From contig CM056607.1 in NCBI GenBank assembly GCA_029721355.1, positions 8,339,309 through 8,403,308 on the forward strand: DNA of 64,000 nucleotides. Reading direction: 5' to 3'. The translations under genes and the position numbers were made by a program. A model generated the notes under the pieces. The model had not been told where the DNA came from, made no database searches, and was given only the letters and a program-made list of their open reading frames with translations. Each line of letters begins with the position of its first letter. Positions within the stretch are counted from its first letter, which is position 1. Shown here in pieces: positions 34,519-46,842 of the stretch. Origin of the DNA: Tegillarca granosa (Eukaryota).

Positions 34519-35588
34519 GTCAGTACAACTTCCTATGAAAACATAAGAATTTATTTTTGTAAGTGTTCAAAAGTGATTCAATAAATATGCATACACTATA
34601 AACCATTGTAAATTGGCTTTTGGTTTGAAAAACCAGTGGCTAGGTGATTAAGACTGCAAATTCATACCATAATTAAAAAAGACTTGAGGTTGTATGATGT
34701 TACTTTTAGCAAGACTTTTAATCTCAAATTGCTCCAATTCATTTAACTATTAATGGGTGTCAACTTTATTTCTTGTAATTAATATTAAGATAGAATGACC
34801 TCTCATCCAAGATGGAGTCTTGTAATCTTATTTTCTTCCATCACTGAAACCATGAGTAAGCACTGAGGCCCGTTCAAGATACACTATGTATGCTTGCGAG
34901 TGCAAGTGAGTGACTGTTATCAATATTTGAAGGTTTTTCGCCTTAGATTCAAGATGGCGTCTCTCGGACAAAGTTTGTAAGAAATAGCTTAAATAAATTC
35001 TGAAACCAGCATGCATTTCAATTTATATTCAGTCCAAGGGTATGGTTTCTTTCTAGAAGGGATTTGAATGATAGGATTAGTTAAAACTTATGTACAGATG
35101 TCCGATTTAATTTATATATTGACATTTTCTCTCCCGTTGAGTGTCGGTGTCTAAATCTAGATGATTATGATTAGTCAGTACTCACCTCCATTCAATAGAC
35201 ATAAAAAATGTATTCGCAAATGCATTGGAAAGCAACCAGTAACTTGAACACACCTTTGATTGGCGAACAAGCTTATAGGCACTGGACAGACTTAATTTTA
35301 ACTGTAAATACTGTAAAACCTTTGTATTATGCTCACAATCTCTTCATATCACTAAAACTAAGGCTAAGTACTTGACTGATGAACAAGCCTATAAGCCTTA
35401 GACAGACATTATCTTTTTGTTTAACTGTGAAATTATGTAAAACCTATGTTTCGTACTCAGTCTCTCCACATACTTAACCAGAAAATACACCTGTATATTG
35501 AGCCTATAGCTGAGATGCTGACCAAAGGAAGCTTAAACTATGGGAAATTTTGAAATATAAAGAGTTGGCAAAATTGAGCTTTGTTTTT

Positions 35589-38047
35589 AGCTCACCTGAC
35601 CGAAAGGTCATGTGAGCTTATGGCATGGCGAGGCGTGTATGTGCGTGCGTGTGTGTGTGCGTGCGTGTGTGCGTACGTCGTTAACACCTATTTTCGACTT
35701 CTCCTCCAAAACTGTTGGGCAGATTTCAATGATACTTGGTCAGAAGCATATATGGGCCGGTGCAATTCAGATTTGTTCATGGCATTGCCATGGCTACCAA
35801 AACTAGATGAAGGTGACCTAGGGGTCCAAAAATCTTAAAAAATCTTCTTCTCTAAAACCGATGATGAGAGAAAAAATCTGATGTGATATTTGGCTTCTCT
35901 AGGGTCTTAAGCTTATAGTTTGTTCATTTCGTGAAATTTGGTCGAAAAATGGGTTACACGTTTTTGCGTTTAATTTTAAAAATTTCGTAAAATGGCTTCA
36001 AATTGTTATAACTTGACTATTTGAACAGATATTGACATGGGGTTTTCAGTTTTGACTTTGTCTTGAAATGACCTTTAAAATAGGGTCAAGGTCACAAATC
36101 AAGGTCATGACCTAACTTGTGATTTGTGCAGTTTTAGGCAGTTTACTTGAAAAATATTAAGAGATATATGGAATCAAAACATTGTTAAAATGTTCAGCAT
36201 GACAAAATTTAGCAAGGTACCAAGTTTTGTAACTATATGATAATTCATGTAGGAGTTGTTGCCCCTGAAATGTTATTTTTTGCTTACAAATACTAAAATT
36301 GTGCATTAGCTTGAAAGCTATAAACTTTTTGTATTAGTGTGTATATTAGAATATTGTAGGTATTGATATGATGATCATTTTGATATATGGTTCAAGGTCA
36401 TAACTGCAGAAGAAGACTGAAATTGTTAATCATCTTGAAAACTATGAACTTTTTGTATAGGCATGTATATTAAAATATTGCAAATATTTATATAACAATC
36501 ATTTTGATATATGGTTCAAGGTCATATGTTCAAAGGTCAAGGACATAGCTGTAGAAGAAGGCTGAAATTGTGAATTATCTTGAAAACTATTTGTATAGGC
36601 ATGTATATTAGAATACTGTAAATCAGGAAATTAATGCGTCATGAAATTTATGCGAATTGCCGATTTTGAAGTAAAATGCCTATCTATATTAATGTGAATT
36701 TGTTAAATTCCATTTTTTTAAAGCAGACGCTAACAGCGTCAGCTTTATTGCGATCAGGAAGGTTGACGGAAGTGTTGGATTGAGACCTCTATCGGCCAGA
36801 TTTGACTGTTTTAGCGGGACATTCAAATGTTTGATAAGGCATTTTCCACAAACACCAATATATATCTACGAGACTCTTGACAGAAATTACATAAATAAAG
36901 AGAACAGTAATAATTAAATGTATAATAATTAACAACTCAACTGGATACGTGAATAAAATTGTCGGATTTTCCACCCTCCGTTTTTTTTTTTTACATTTTC
37001 CCCACAACGATTCCCCCCTTACCTTGTGCCGTCGAACTTTTGGTACAAAGTTTCATAACTATATGATAATCCATGTAGGAGTTGTTGCCCCTGAAATGTT
37101 ACTTTTGGCTTATAAATACTAAAATTGTGCATTAGCTTGAAAACTTTAATTTTTTTTGTATAGGCATGTATATTAAAATATTGTAGGTATTGACATGATG
37201 ATCATTTTGATATATGGTACAAGGTCATATGTTGAAAGGTCAAGGTCACAGCTGCAAAAGAAGACTTAAATTGCTAATACTTTTGAAAACTAATAACTTT
37301 TTGTATAGGCATGTATATTAGAATATTGTAGGTATTGCAACAATGATCATTTTAATATATGGTACAAGGTCATATGTTGAAAGGTCAAGGTCACAGCTGC
37401 AAAAAAAGAGTTAAATTGCTAATTATCTTGAAAACTATTTATTTTTTGTATAGGTATGTATATTAGAATATTGTAGGTATTGCGACAATGATCATTTTGA
37501 TATATGGTACAAGGTCATATGTTGAAAGGTCAAGGTCACAGCTGCAAAAGAAGAGTTAAATTGCTAATTATCTTGAAAACTATTAACTTTTTGTATAGAA
37601 ATATATATTAGAATATTGTAGGTATTCGACAACAATCATTTTGATATATGGTACAAGGTCATATGCTGAAAGGTCAAGGTCACCGTTGCAAAAGAAGACT
37701 TAAATTGCTAATTATCCTGAAAACTATAAACATTTTGTACAAGCATGTTTATTAGAATATTGTACGTATTGATATTAAGACCATTTTGATATAAGGTTCA
37801 AGTTCACATGTTCAAAGGTCAAAATCATGGCTGCATAACCATATGGTTAATGATTTGGAAATTATCTATTGTACTATAGTTAAATGGTGCATATGAGCTA
37901 TTATAAATGAAATGTGACTAGAGATTTCTGATTAATTATTGCAGGATTTTCCAAAACTGAGGAATTTTGTGAACTTTTTGTATTTAAGTTCTTTGTAAGT
38001 TTTTGGATATGTCCTCAGGTGAGCGTTAAGGCCCATGGGCCTCTTGT
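35589..38047 (+). mobile_element. Helentron-like non-autonomous element copy T2 with an internal satellite array (~139-bp unit x ~6) and a nested unrelated ~430-bp insertion (36610-37040); PARP4 intron 26
   Basis: 5' end tttttAGCTCACCTGACCGAAAGG; 3' end CCTCAGGTGAGCGTTAAGGCCCATGGGCCTCTTGT|t. The subterminal AGCTCACCTG / CAGGTGAGCG are inverted repeats. A palindromic GGCCCATGGGCC hairpin sits 8 nt from the 3' end, flanked by T...T, as in Helitron2/Helentron insertions. Confidence 0.5.
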
Positions 38048-38335
38048 TAAAACATTATGATCAGTAAAAAGTTGGTCAAAGGGATTTTTGTACTGAAACA
38101 CATTTGATGAATAAAAAGCTGTTCAAATGGAGCTTTTTAATTAAATGCATTTTGATTATAAAATCTTGACCAAAATGAGTTTTTTCACTAAAACATTATA
38201 ACAAATAAAAAGTAGGCCAAAGTGAGGCTTGGATTGACCTTATTCAATCATTGCTTTTCTACTTTTAGATAAATCACTTAGATTCAAAGCAAATATGTTC
38301 TGAAATGCATTTTGCTAAATTATGTATATTTTTAG

Positions 38336-38443
38336 GATGAAGAAAAACAGGATGGACCTTCAATAGATGAATTGGTTGCCATGGAATCAGTAGATATATT
38401 ACAATACATGGGATGGGAAAATGCTGATTTATTTGCAGAAAAG
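38336..38443 (+). CDS. PARP4: PARP4-like exon 27
   Basis: tatttttag|GAT.. ..GAAAAG|gtaaat. DEEKQDGPSIDELVAMESVDILQYMGWENADLFAEK ~ human DENESPFPDIPKVSELIAKEDVDFLPYMSWQGE. Confidence 0.75.
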
Positions 38444-38815
38444 GTAAATATTTTGCATTGGCTGGTTGCAGTTTTAAGTTGAAAAAAGTTAGTTAAGAAG
38501 CAAAGAGTTTGAAACTAAATCAATCAAGTAAAAATAATATATTTTTGAGAAATAAATATACATGTAAAGACTAACTAAATAATTTGCTGTTTCATAGAAG
38601 CAATACTAAAACAATTTTTCAGTGTTAGGCCAAAATATCATGGAAGCAAAACTAGCCATTTTATCAGGAATGCATTTGTTTGACAGAGAATTTGCATTAT
38701 AAATAGTGACAAGTATGATTAGTTGTTTGTCAAAATTTTAAATAAAAGGTTGTTTGTTTAAATTTTTTCACTGCATGGTATTTGAAATCAAATGGTGTTT
38801 TTCGCTTGTTTTCAG

Positions 38816-38962
38816 GAACCATCAGAACTGGTAGAGGAACTTCTAAGAAAAGGGGCCATTGCTGAAAGCTTTTCCCAGATGGAAGCTGAAAGATGCTATG
38901 CCTCCATTTTAGATTACTTTGAAGAATTGAAAAAAGAGGAAAACAAAGATCTTAAAGATAAG
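38816..38962 (+). CDS. PARP4: PARP4-like exon 28
   Basis: ttgttttcag|GAA.. ..GATAAG|gtaaac; in frame. EPSELVEELLRKGAIAESFSQMEAERCYASILDYFEELKKEENKDLKDK. Confidence 0.6.
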
Positions 38963-39249
38963 GTAAACAACTTAGATTTATTTCCCCTGAAATTAAAGGC
39001 CAAGACAAAGCAGTTATTTGGTCATCAAAGTTGGTGTACTTGATCTTGGTTTAAGTTTTTAAAGTTAAATGCCATGTGATCCACTTATCTGTTTTCTTAT
39101 ACATTTCCTAGTCTCATATAGTTTAGGAATACATGTATTTGTATTTAACAAATGTACATGTATTTGAAAACAAAGTTTAAAAATGAGGGGATGGCTTTTA
39201 CTTGAACCTAGTTGTAACAGAAAATGACTCTCTTGGGGAAAAAAGGGAT

Positions 39250-39445
39250 CAATGGCTGAGTTGCCTAAAATACATGCTTATGGATCATTGCCTATCACTG
39301 CCTTGAGGCAAATCCCACTTAAAAAGATCCTAGTCTGAGAAAGTTTGCCAGTTCATGAAGGTTGATGGTTTTGTCCACCACCTCTGAACTGACCACCTTG
39401 ATATAAGAGAAGAAACCTTGACTAGAGGTAAAACACCATTAATCC
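39250..39445 (+). mobile_element. tRNA-derived SINE family A copy A6 (plus orientation; PARP4 intron 28)
   Basis: ggctgagttgcctaaaatacatgcttatggatcattgcc..ggcaaatcccactt..gatcctagtctgagaaagtttgccagtt..ccaccacctctgaactgac..cttgactagaggtaaaacaccatta. Confidence 0.5.
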
Positions 39446-39621
39446 TATCATATCTACCGGTATCTTAGAACAGAAAATAACATGCCTACTGTCACTGTGC
39501 TAGTTTTAATATGGTGAAACATAAAAATGCAAAGTGATGTTGTTGTTTACATATGATTCATCACCAAGACCTTTACTTCTCTTGTTTTCTGTAAGTTTAC
39601 AAATAAAAATGTTTTCTATAG

Positions 39622-39709
39622 GTATGTGATGTAGTTGAACGATTTTGTCAACAAAGTGAAACTGAAAGAAGCAAGGAACTTTGGCAGTATTTTAAAAACA
39701 CATTCCCAG
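39622..39709 (+). CDS. PARP4: PARP4-like exon 29
   Basis: ttttctatag|GTA.. ..CCCAG|gtaagt. VCDVVERFCQQSETERSKELWQYFKNTFP. Confidence 0.6.
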
Positions 39710-40275
39710 GTAAGTTAAATTTTTAGCTTCCATGAACCATATGTTATCTATAGATACAGAATATACTGTTACATGAAGTTTTGTTAGGAGATTTTGGATA
39801 TTTGTTTATCATAGTCAGTAAACCAGTATAGTCTTTAAGGAAATTTAAACATTTCAAATGTCTTTAGAATTCATAGAAGGCTCTAAAATTTTCAACTCAA
39901 AATTAAATTAAACATGTCAGTACTTAAGCTTGCATGAAAAAAAGCCTGCCGTTGTAGACTGAAGTAATTATGGTAATGCCTCAGTCATAATTTTCTCAAT
40001 TATATTGAGGCTCTCAGGTCTGATAGAGGAAGAGGAAACCAGAGTTCCTAGAGAAAATCACTTACCTTCAGCAATTAAGCTGGCAAAGTTTCTTACAAGA
40101 GGACATGTGATTGTGTGATTTTCACCTAGGAATTGGATTTCTTGTGATCTGTAAGCTAAATCCTCTTGGCCACCATGGACTCTTAAAGTATTAGAGGAAC
40201 AACAAAATAATGCAATCTATTTGATTTGAATTGTTATTTATTATAATTTATTATGTAAATCTCTTTTTATTACAG

Positions 40276-40452
40276 AACCAATAACACTGTGTGTAAAAAC
40301 ACTGTCTGGTAAAACTCTAGGTGTTGGTGCAATGAGGAACCAGACAATCCGAGATCTAAAGGACCTGATATTTGACAGGGAAGGGATACCCCCAGAAACC
40401 CAGAGACTTGTCATGGGGGGAAAACAAAGAACAGATGATGAATTAATCCAAG
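40276..40452 (+). CDS. PARP4: PARP4-like exon 30: N-terminal half of a ubiquitin-like domain
   Basis: tattacag|AA.. ..TCCAAG|gtacta. EPITLCVKTLSGKTLGVGAMRNQTIRDLKDLIFDREGIPPETQRLVMGGKQRTDDELIQ ~ ubiquitin [32 protein letters not shown]. Confidence 0.75.
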
Positions 40453-40486
40453 GTACTATATCATTTAAAAAAAGACTACTCAATTG

Positions 40487-40517
40487 TAATTTTTTTTTTT
40501 TTTTTTTTTTTTTTTTT
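40487..40517. repeat. T30 homopolymer, 35 bp after the exon-30 donor
   Basis: Direct reading. Confidence 0.95.
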
Positions 40518-40599
40518 GGTTATAAATCTTTGTCTTTGTAATCAGTAAATAAAATATCAAGAATTTCAAATTTTTGTACAGAAAAAATTATAAACTGTT

Positions 40600-43500
40600 C
40601 AATTTTTATTTAGCCACCCCCTTATCACTACAAAATACACATATCATGTGAAATACAGTTACAGCTGCTCTACAGTTAAACATGTCTAAAAGCCATACCT
40701 GTTTTAGCCATCCCCTAATCACTAAAAGATACACATATTATATGAAATACAGTTACACCTGCTCTACAGTAAAACCTGTCTAAAAGCCATACCTGTTTTA
40801 GCCATCCCCTAATCACTATAAGATACACATATTATATGAAATACAGTTACACCTGCCCTACATTAAACCTGTCTAAAAGCCATACCTGTTTTAGCCATCC
40901 CCTAATCACTATAAGATACACATATTATATGAAATACAGTTACACCTGCTCTACAGTAAAACCTGTCTAAAAGCCATACCTGTTTTAGCCATCCCCTAAT
41001 CACTATAAGATACACATATTATATGAAATACAGTTACACCTGCCCTACATTAAACCTGTCTAAAAGCCATACCTGTTTTAGCTGTCCCCTAATCACTATA
41101 AGATACACATATTATATGAAATACAGTTACACCTGCCCTACAGTAAAACCTGTCTAAAAGCCATACCTGTTTTAGCTGTCCCCTAATCACTATAAGATAC
41201 ACATATTATATGAAATACAGTTACACCTGCTCTACAGTAAAACCTGTCTAAAAGCCATACCTGTTTTAGCTGTCCCCTAATCACTATAAGATACACATAT
41301 TATATGAAATACAGTTACACCTGCTCTACAGTAAAACCTGTCTAAAAGCCATACCTGTTTTAGCCATCCCCTAATCACTATAAGATACACATATTATATG
41401 AAATACAGTTACACCTGCTCTACAGTAAAACCTGTCTAAAAGCCATACCTGTTTTAGCTGTCCCCTAATCACTATAAGATACACATATTATATGAAATAC
41501 AGTTACACCTGCCCTACAGTAAAACCTGTCTAAAAGCCATACCTGTTTTAGCCATCCCCTAATCACTAAAAGATACACATATTATATGAAATACAGTTAC
41601 ACCTGCCCTACATTAAACCTGTCTTAAAGCCATACCTGTTTTAGCCATCCCCTAATCACTATAAGATACACATATTATATGAAATACAGTTACACCTGCC
41701 CTACATTAAACCTGTCTAAAAGCCATACCTGTTTTAGCTGTCCCCTAATCACTATAAGATACACATATTATATGAAATACAGTTACACCTGCCCTACAGT
41801 AAAACCTGTCTAAAAGCCATACCTGTTTTAGCCATCCCCTAATCACTAAAAGATACACATATTATATGAAATACAGTTACACCTGCCCTACATTAAACCT
41901 GTCTAAAAGCCATACCTGTTTTAGCTATCCCCTAATCACTAAAAGATACACATATTATATGAAATACAGTTACACCTGCTCTACAGTAAAACCTGTCTAA
42001 AAGCCATACCTGTTTTAGCCATCCCCTAATCACTATAAGATACACATATTATATGAAATACAGTTACACCTGCTCTACAGTAAAACCTGTCTAAAAGCCA
42101 TACCTGTTTTAGCCATCCCCTAATCACTAAAAGATACACATATTATATGAAATACAGTTACACCTGCTCTACAGTAAAACCTGTCTAAAAGCCATACCTG
42201 TTTTAGCCATCCCCTAATCACTAAAAGATACACATATTATATGAAATACAGTTACACCTGCTCTACAGTAAAACCTGTCAAAAAGCCATACCTGTTTTAG
42301 CCATCCCCTAATCACTAAAAGATACACATATTATATGAAATACAGTTACACCTGCTCTACAGTAAAACCTGTCTAAAAGCCATACCTGTTTTAGCCATCC
42401 CCTAATCACTATAAGATACACATATTATATGAAATACAGTTACACCTGCTCTACAGTAAAACCTGTCTAAAAGCCATACCTGTTTTAGCTGTCCCCTAAT
42501 CACTATAAGATACACATATTATATGAAATACAGTTACACCTGCTCTACAGTTAAACATGTCTAAAAGCCATACCTGTTTTAGCTGTCCCCTAATCACTAA
42601 AAGATACACATATTATATGAAATACAGTTACACCTGCTCTACAGTAAAACCTGTCTAAAAGCCATACCTGTTTTAGCCATCCCCTAATCACTATAAGATA
42701 CACATATTATATGAAATACAGTTACACCTGCTCTACAGTAAAACCTGTCTAAAAGCCATACCTGTTTTAGCTGTCCCCTAATTACTAAAAGATACACATA
42801 TTATATGAAATACAGTTACACCTGCTCTACAGTAAAACCTGTCTAAAAGCCATACCTGTTTTAGCTGTCCCCTAATCACTAAAAGATACACATATTATAT
42901 GAAATACAGTTACACCTGCTGTACAGTAAAACCTGTCTAAAAGTCATACCTGTTTTAGCTGTCCCCTAATCACTAAAAGATACACATATTATATGAAATA
43001 CAGTTACACCTGCTCTACAGTAAAACCTGTCTAAAAGCCATACCTGTTTTAGCTGTCCCCTAATCACTATAAGATACACATATTATATGAAATACAGTTA
43101 CACCTGCCCTACATGAAACCTGTCTAAAAGCCATACCTGTTTTAGCCATCCCCTAATCACTATAAGATACACATATTATATGAAATACAGTTACACCTGC
43201 CCTACATTAAACCTGTCTAAAAGCCATACCTGTTTTAGCTGTCCCCTAATCACTATAAGATACACATATTATATGAAATACAGTTACACCTGCTCTACAG
43301 TAAAACCTGTCTAAAAGCCATACCTGTTTTAGCTGTCCCCTAATCACTATAAGATACACATATTATATGAAATACAGTTACACCTGCCCTACATTAAACC
43401 TGTCTAAAAGCCATACCTGTTTTAGCCATCCCCTAATCACTATAAGATACACATATTATATGAAATACAGTTACACCTGCCCTACATTAAACCTGTCTAA

Positions 43501-43975
43501 AAGCCATACCTGTTTTAGCCATCCCCTAATCACTATAAGATACACATATTATATGAAATACAGTTACACCTGCCCTACATTAAACCTGTCTAAAAGCCAT
43601 ACCTGTTTTAGCTGTCCCCTAATCACTAAAAGATACACATATTATATGAAATACAGTTACACCTGCTCTACAGTAAAACCTGTCTAAAAGCCATACCTGT
43701 TTTAGCTGTCCCCTAATCACTAAAAGATACACATATTATATGAAATACAGTTACACCTGCTCTACAGTAAAACCTGTCTAAAAGCCATACCTGTTTTAGC
43801 TGTCCCCTAATCACTAAAAGATACACATATTATATGAAATACAGTTACACCTGCTCTACAGTAAAACCTGTCTAAAAGCCATACCTGTTTTAGCTGTCCC
43901 CTAATCACTATAAGATACACATATTATATGAAATACAGTTACACCTGCCCTGTAAAACCTGTCATACAGTTGAAA
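40600..43975 (+). repeat. 93/94-bp satellite x ~36 in PARP4 intron 30 (CCATACCTGTTTTAGCYRTCCCCTAATCACTAWAAGATACACATATTATATGAAATACAGTTACACCTGCYCTACAKTAAAACCTGTCTAAAAG)
   Basis: Direct reading. Two unit subtypes (acagtaaaacc / acattaaacc) alternate. ORF 43367..43687 is a translation of it. Confidence 0.95.
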
Positions 43976-44003
43976 CTGTCTAACATCCACCCTTATATGA
44001 TAA

Positions 44004-44393
44004 ATGGGAAATTTTGAAAATAATGGAGTCAGGCTGATATACCAACAAGGAACTCTTTATGATCTAGCTTACGCACTTGATGGAAAAGTGACACCAAGTC
44101 TGGAGGATTCTGAAATAAAGACAACTATCAAAAGTCACAAGAAGAAAAGAAAGCCTAAGAGGGAACAAGAAAAATATCAGACACAATTAGCTGAATCTAG
44201 TAAGGAACAAACACCACCAAGTTCAAGGTCGCCAAGTATGCAACCAGTAAAATACCATTTATGTATCAGTGAGGAACCATTGATGGGAGACTTGGAACAA
44301 GGATTACAGGATGTTGAAATGGGAATATCAAAGACCAAGCAAACAAGCATCCAAATTCAGTCTGAAATTAAATCTCAAGGTACACATTATTTA
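44004..44393 (+). CDS. Candidate upstream exon or ORF of the HSP70-fragment gene; non-HSP70, low-complexity, K/R-rich
   Basis: Open 130 codons ending ..SQ G|gtacac, a phase-1 donor compatible with the phase-1 acceptor of exon A. Starts 30 bp after the 93-bp satellite. No recognisable homology. Confidence 0.25.
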
Positions 44394-44689
44394 TATTTAT
44401 AGTTTATATCACCTGTAACTATGGTAGCTCACCTGGAGACATCTCTGACAACAGTGAAAAAAGTACCATATACATGTATATGTAGGTGAGCTACACATTG
44501 TTATGACAGGTCTTATTTAGATGACTGTTATATATATAAGATAGCATTAAATGGAAAAGTTTTAAAATACTGTCGAAATCCAATATTTATATATGAATCT
44601 TATACTTGGCTGTATCTTTTATTTACCACCCTTTTTTGAAGTAACAAAAATATTTTATTGCCTCAGTTGAAGTAAAGTGAAGTAAAGCC

Positions 44690-44925
44690 ACATATTGTGT
44701 TTAACACCCAAATTAAGGTTTTTTCACTGATATCAAGGAGGTCAGTTCTAAAATGGTGGAGGAAACAGGAGGGTCAAAGTCTTCATCAAATGAACTGACA
44801 ACCTTTTTCACATAAGGATCTGTCTTATCAGAAGTGGACCCAGTTATTAGAGGTTCTGTGATTTATGGGCTGGTGCTTTAGACCTCTTGGCTACAAAGGT
44901 CCTGCCCCAGCCTGAGCCATGATGA
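44690..44925 (-). mobile_element. tRNA-derived SINE family A copy A4
   Basis: gtttaacacccaaattaagg..aaaatggtggaggaaacaggag..gaactgacaacctttttcacataaggatctg..ggctggtgctttagacctcttggctacaaaggtcctgcccc. Confidence 0.5.
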
Positions 44926-45318
44926 ACATCATTGTTATTGCTAGGTTTCAATGTTAGTTTTTTCAACTAAACCAAAGGCTCAGATAATTTATTGTGATGG
45001 TTTACTATCTGCAATGTTATTTATTTTATGCTATAGTTATTTATTGATGTACAAGAGATCTAGGCAATGTATTAGTATGCTGTACTTCTGATTTATCCTT
45101 TTTTTTTTTTTTTTTTTGTTACTATAGTGTTCTTCTAATCCTTATATAGAAAATCATGTTTAAAGTTACATAAAAAAAAATTAATAAATAATAAAAATAA
45201 AACAATAAAAGAAATTTGTTCAAGAAGCAAAAAGCCTAATTAAATGACCTTAAGATACAGATATTGGTTAGTTTTGACTAGTAAAACTAATTTTTATTAT
45301 CTCCTATATATGTTTCAG

Positions 45319-45750
45319 ACTTAGAAGAAGAGGACAATTTAACCAATGATGATTTTAATGCAGAGTTAAGATGGTCCGAAGCAGATCAAATTCATTGTCT
45401 TCTCTTGCTTGATGTTACACCATTATCGTTGGGTATCGAAACAGCGGGTGGCCTTATGGATGTAATAATAAAACGAAACTGTACCATACCAACCAGAAAA
45501 TCTAAAAAATATTCCACATATTGTGATTATCAGACAAAAATAGTGATAAAAATATTTGAAGGTGAACGAGCATTAACCAAAGACAATAACTATTTAGGAG
45601 AATTTGAAATCCATAATATAATGCCTGCTCCCTATGGTGAGCCCCAGATTGAAGTCACTATGGATATTGATGCAAATGGTATTCTTACTGTGTCAGCAGT
45701 CGATAAATCTACAGGAAATGGCAACAAATTGTGTATTACTAATGACAAAG
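45319..45750 (+). CDS. HSP70-family fragment, exon A: substrate-binding domain (SBD-beta); no nucleotide-binding domain found nearby
   Basis: tgtttcag|AC.. ..GACAAAG|gtaaaa. (D)[143 protein letters not shown] ~ HSPA8 [118 protein letters not shown]. Confidence 0.75.
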
Positions 45751-46133
45751 GTAAAATAAAATCTTCACTCATCAAAACTGTGTCGATTTCTGATGTATCT
45801 AATTTTATCTAATTGCCAAAAGTAGTCTAAAATTTTTTTTTTTTAAATTTCACTAGAGTTAATTAGTTCAGCTTTCCCTTTTTCAAAAGCATTTTTAAAC
45901 AGAGATTGTTTGCTATTGTTTCAACATGTTTGAAAACTCTTAAAAATGTTTCTTTTAAACTACTAATATTTATAAAGTACTGTGAATGTCATGTGAGATG
46001 GCATGCAGAGGAATACATGTTTAATTAACATTAAAGCAAAGATTTTTCTTCTGAAAACTTTTAAACTTTTCTGAACTTTGTAGCTGATGCATAATTAGTT
46101 AATTTTTTTCCAAATTCATAAGTTCTGGCATTT

Positions 46134-46138
<5 letters not shown>

Positions 46139-46204
<66 letters not shown>
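46139..46204. repeat. (CT)33 microsatellite, 30 bp upstream of HSP70-fragment exon B
   Basis: Direct reading. Confidence 0.95.
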
Positions 46205-46208
<4 letters not shown>

Positions 46209-46233
46209 GACTACTTACACTTTCTGTTTTAAG

Positions 46234-46601
46234 GTCGCCTTACCAAAGATGAGATTGAGAAAATGATTAATGATTCTGAGAAATTTTGCAAGAAAGATAA
46301 AATTTGGCAACATTGTATCAGAGAGAGACTTATATCTGCAAACAGGAAGTACACAAAAGAATCATATTTTACAGAACAAACAATGATAAATGATATAGAC
46401 ATTTTTGACACTGATGATAAAGTCGCCAAATGGTTGGAGTCAGAAAAAACAAATTTATTTACCTCTGTGGAGCCAGTATTAGATCAACATAGTGATGGTC
46501 AAAAATGCAAAACTTTATCTGACCTTTCTTTGGACAGGTCAAATGAAAAATCACTGTCTAAAGGATACAAAAATGAAACAAAGATTGAGGAAGTTGACTA
46601 A
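46234..46601 (+). CDS. HSP70-family fragment, exon B: helical lid and C-terminal tail ending in EEVD, stop TAA
   Basis: gttttaag|GT.. A phase-1 acceptor matches the exon A donor. GRLTKDEIEKMINDSEKFCKKDKIWQHCIRERLISANRKYTKESYFTEQ..KGYKNETKIEEVD* ~ HSPA8 [48 protein letters not shown]. Confidence 0.7.
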
Positions 46602-46842
46602 TTTTTCTTAAACGTTTACCTGAGAATTGACATTTTTGTAATTTTTATTCATGAAAGTATAAGAATAACAATGCTGCCAGTTCAAATTACATAAATTGTA
46701 AAGCTGAAAAAAAAATTAAAAAAAAACAACAAATCTTGTTGATTGATCACCATCATTAGCTCAAATCTAAACATTATTAATGGTGATTAATTAAGATAGA
46801 ATTACTGTAAAATCACAAATATTTGCAGGGGATTAAATTTTT

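Noticed and set aside
36610-37040. Possible gene or regulatory module inside Helentron-like copy T2 (ORF 36789-37007 minus)
   Set aside because: Short, with no homology. It interrupts the satellite array and looks like a nested insertion of another repeat. Kept only as a note under T2.
45319-46601. Calling this a complete HSP70 gene
   Set aside because: Only SBD, lid and EEVD are present. No ATPase/NBD motifs (e.g. IDLGTTYS, DLGGGTFD) are found in the 1.3 kb upstream or elsewhere in the intron, so it is reported as a fragment or novel architecture.
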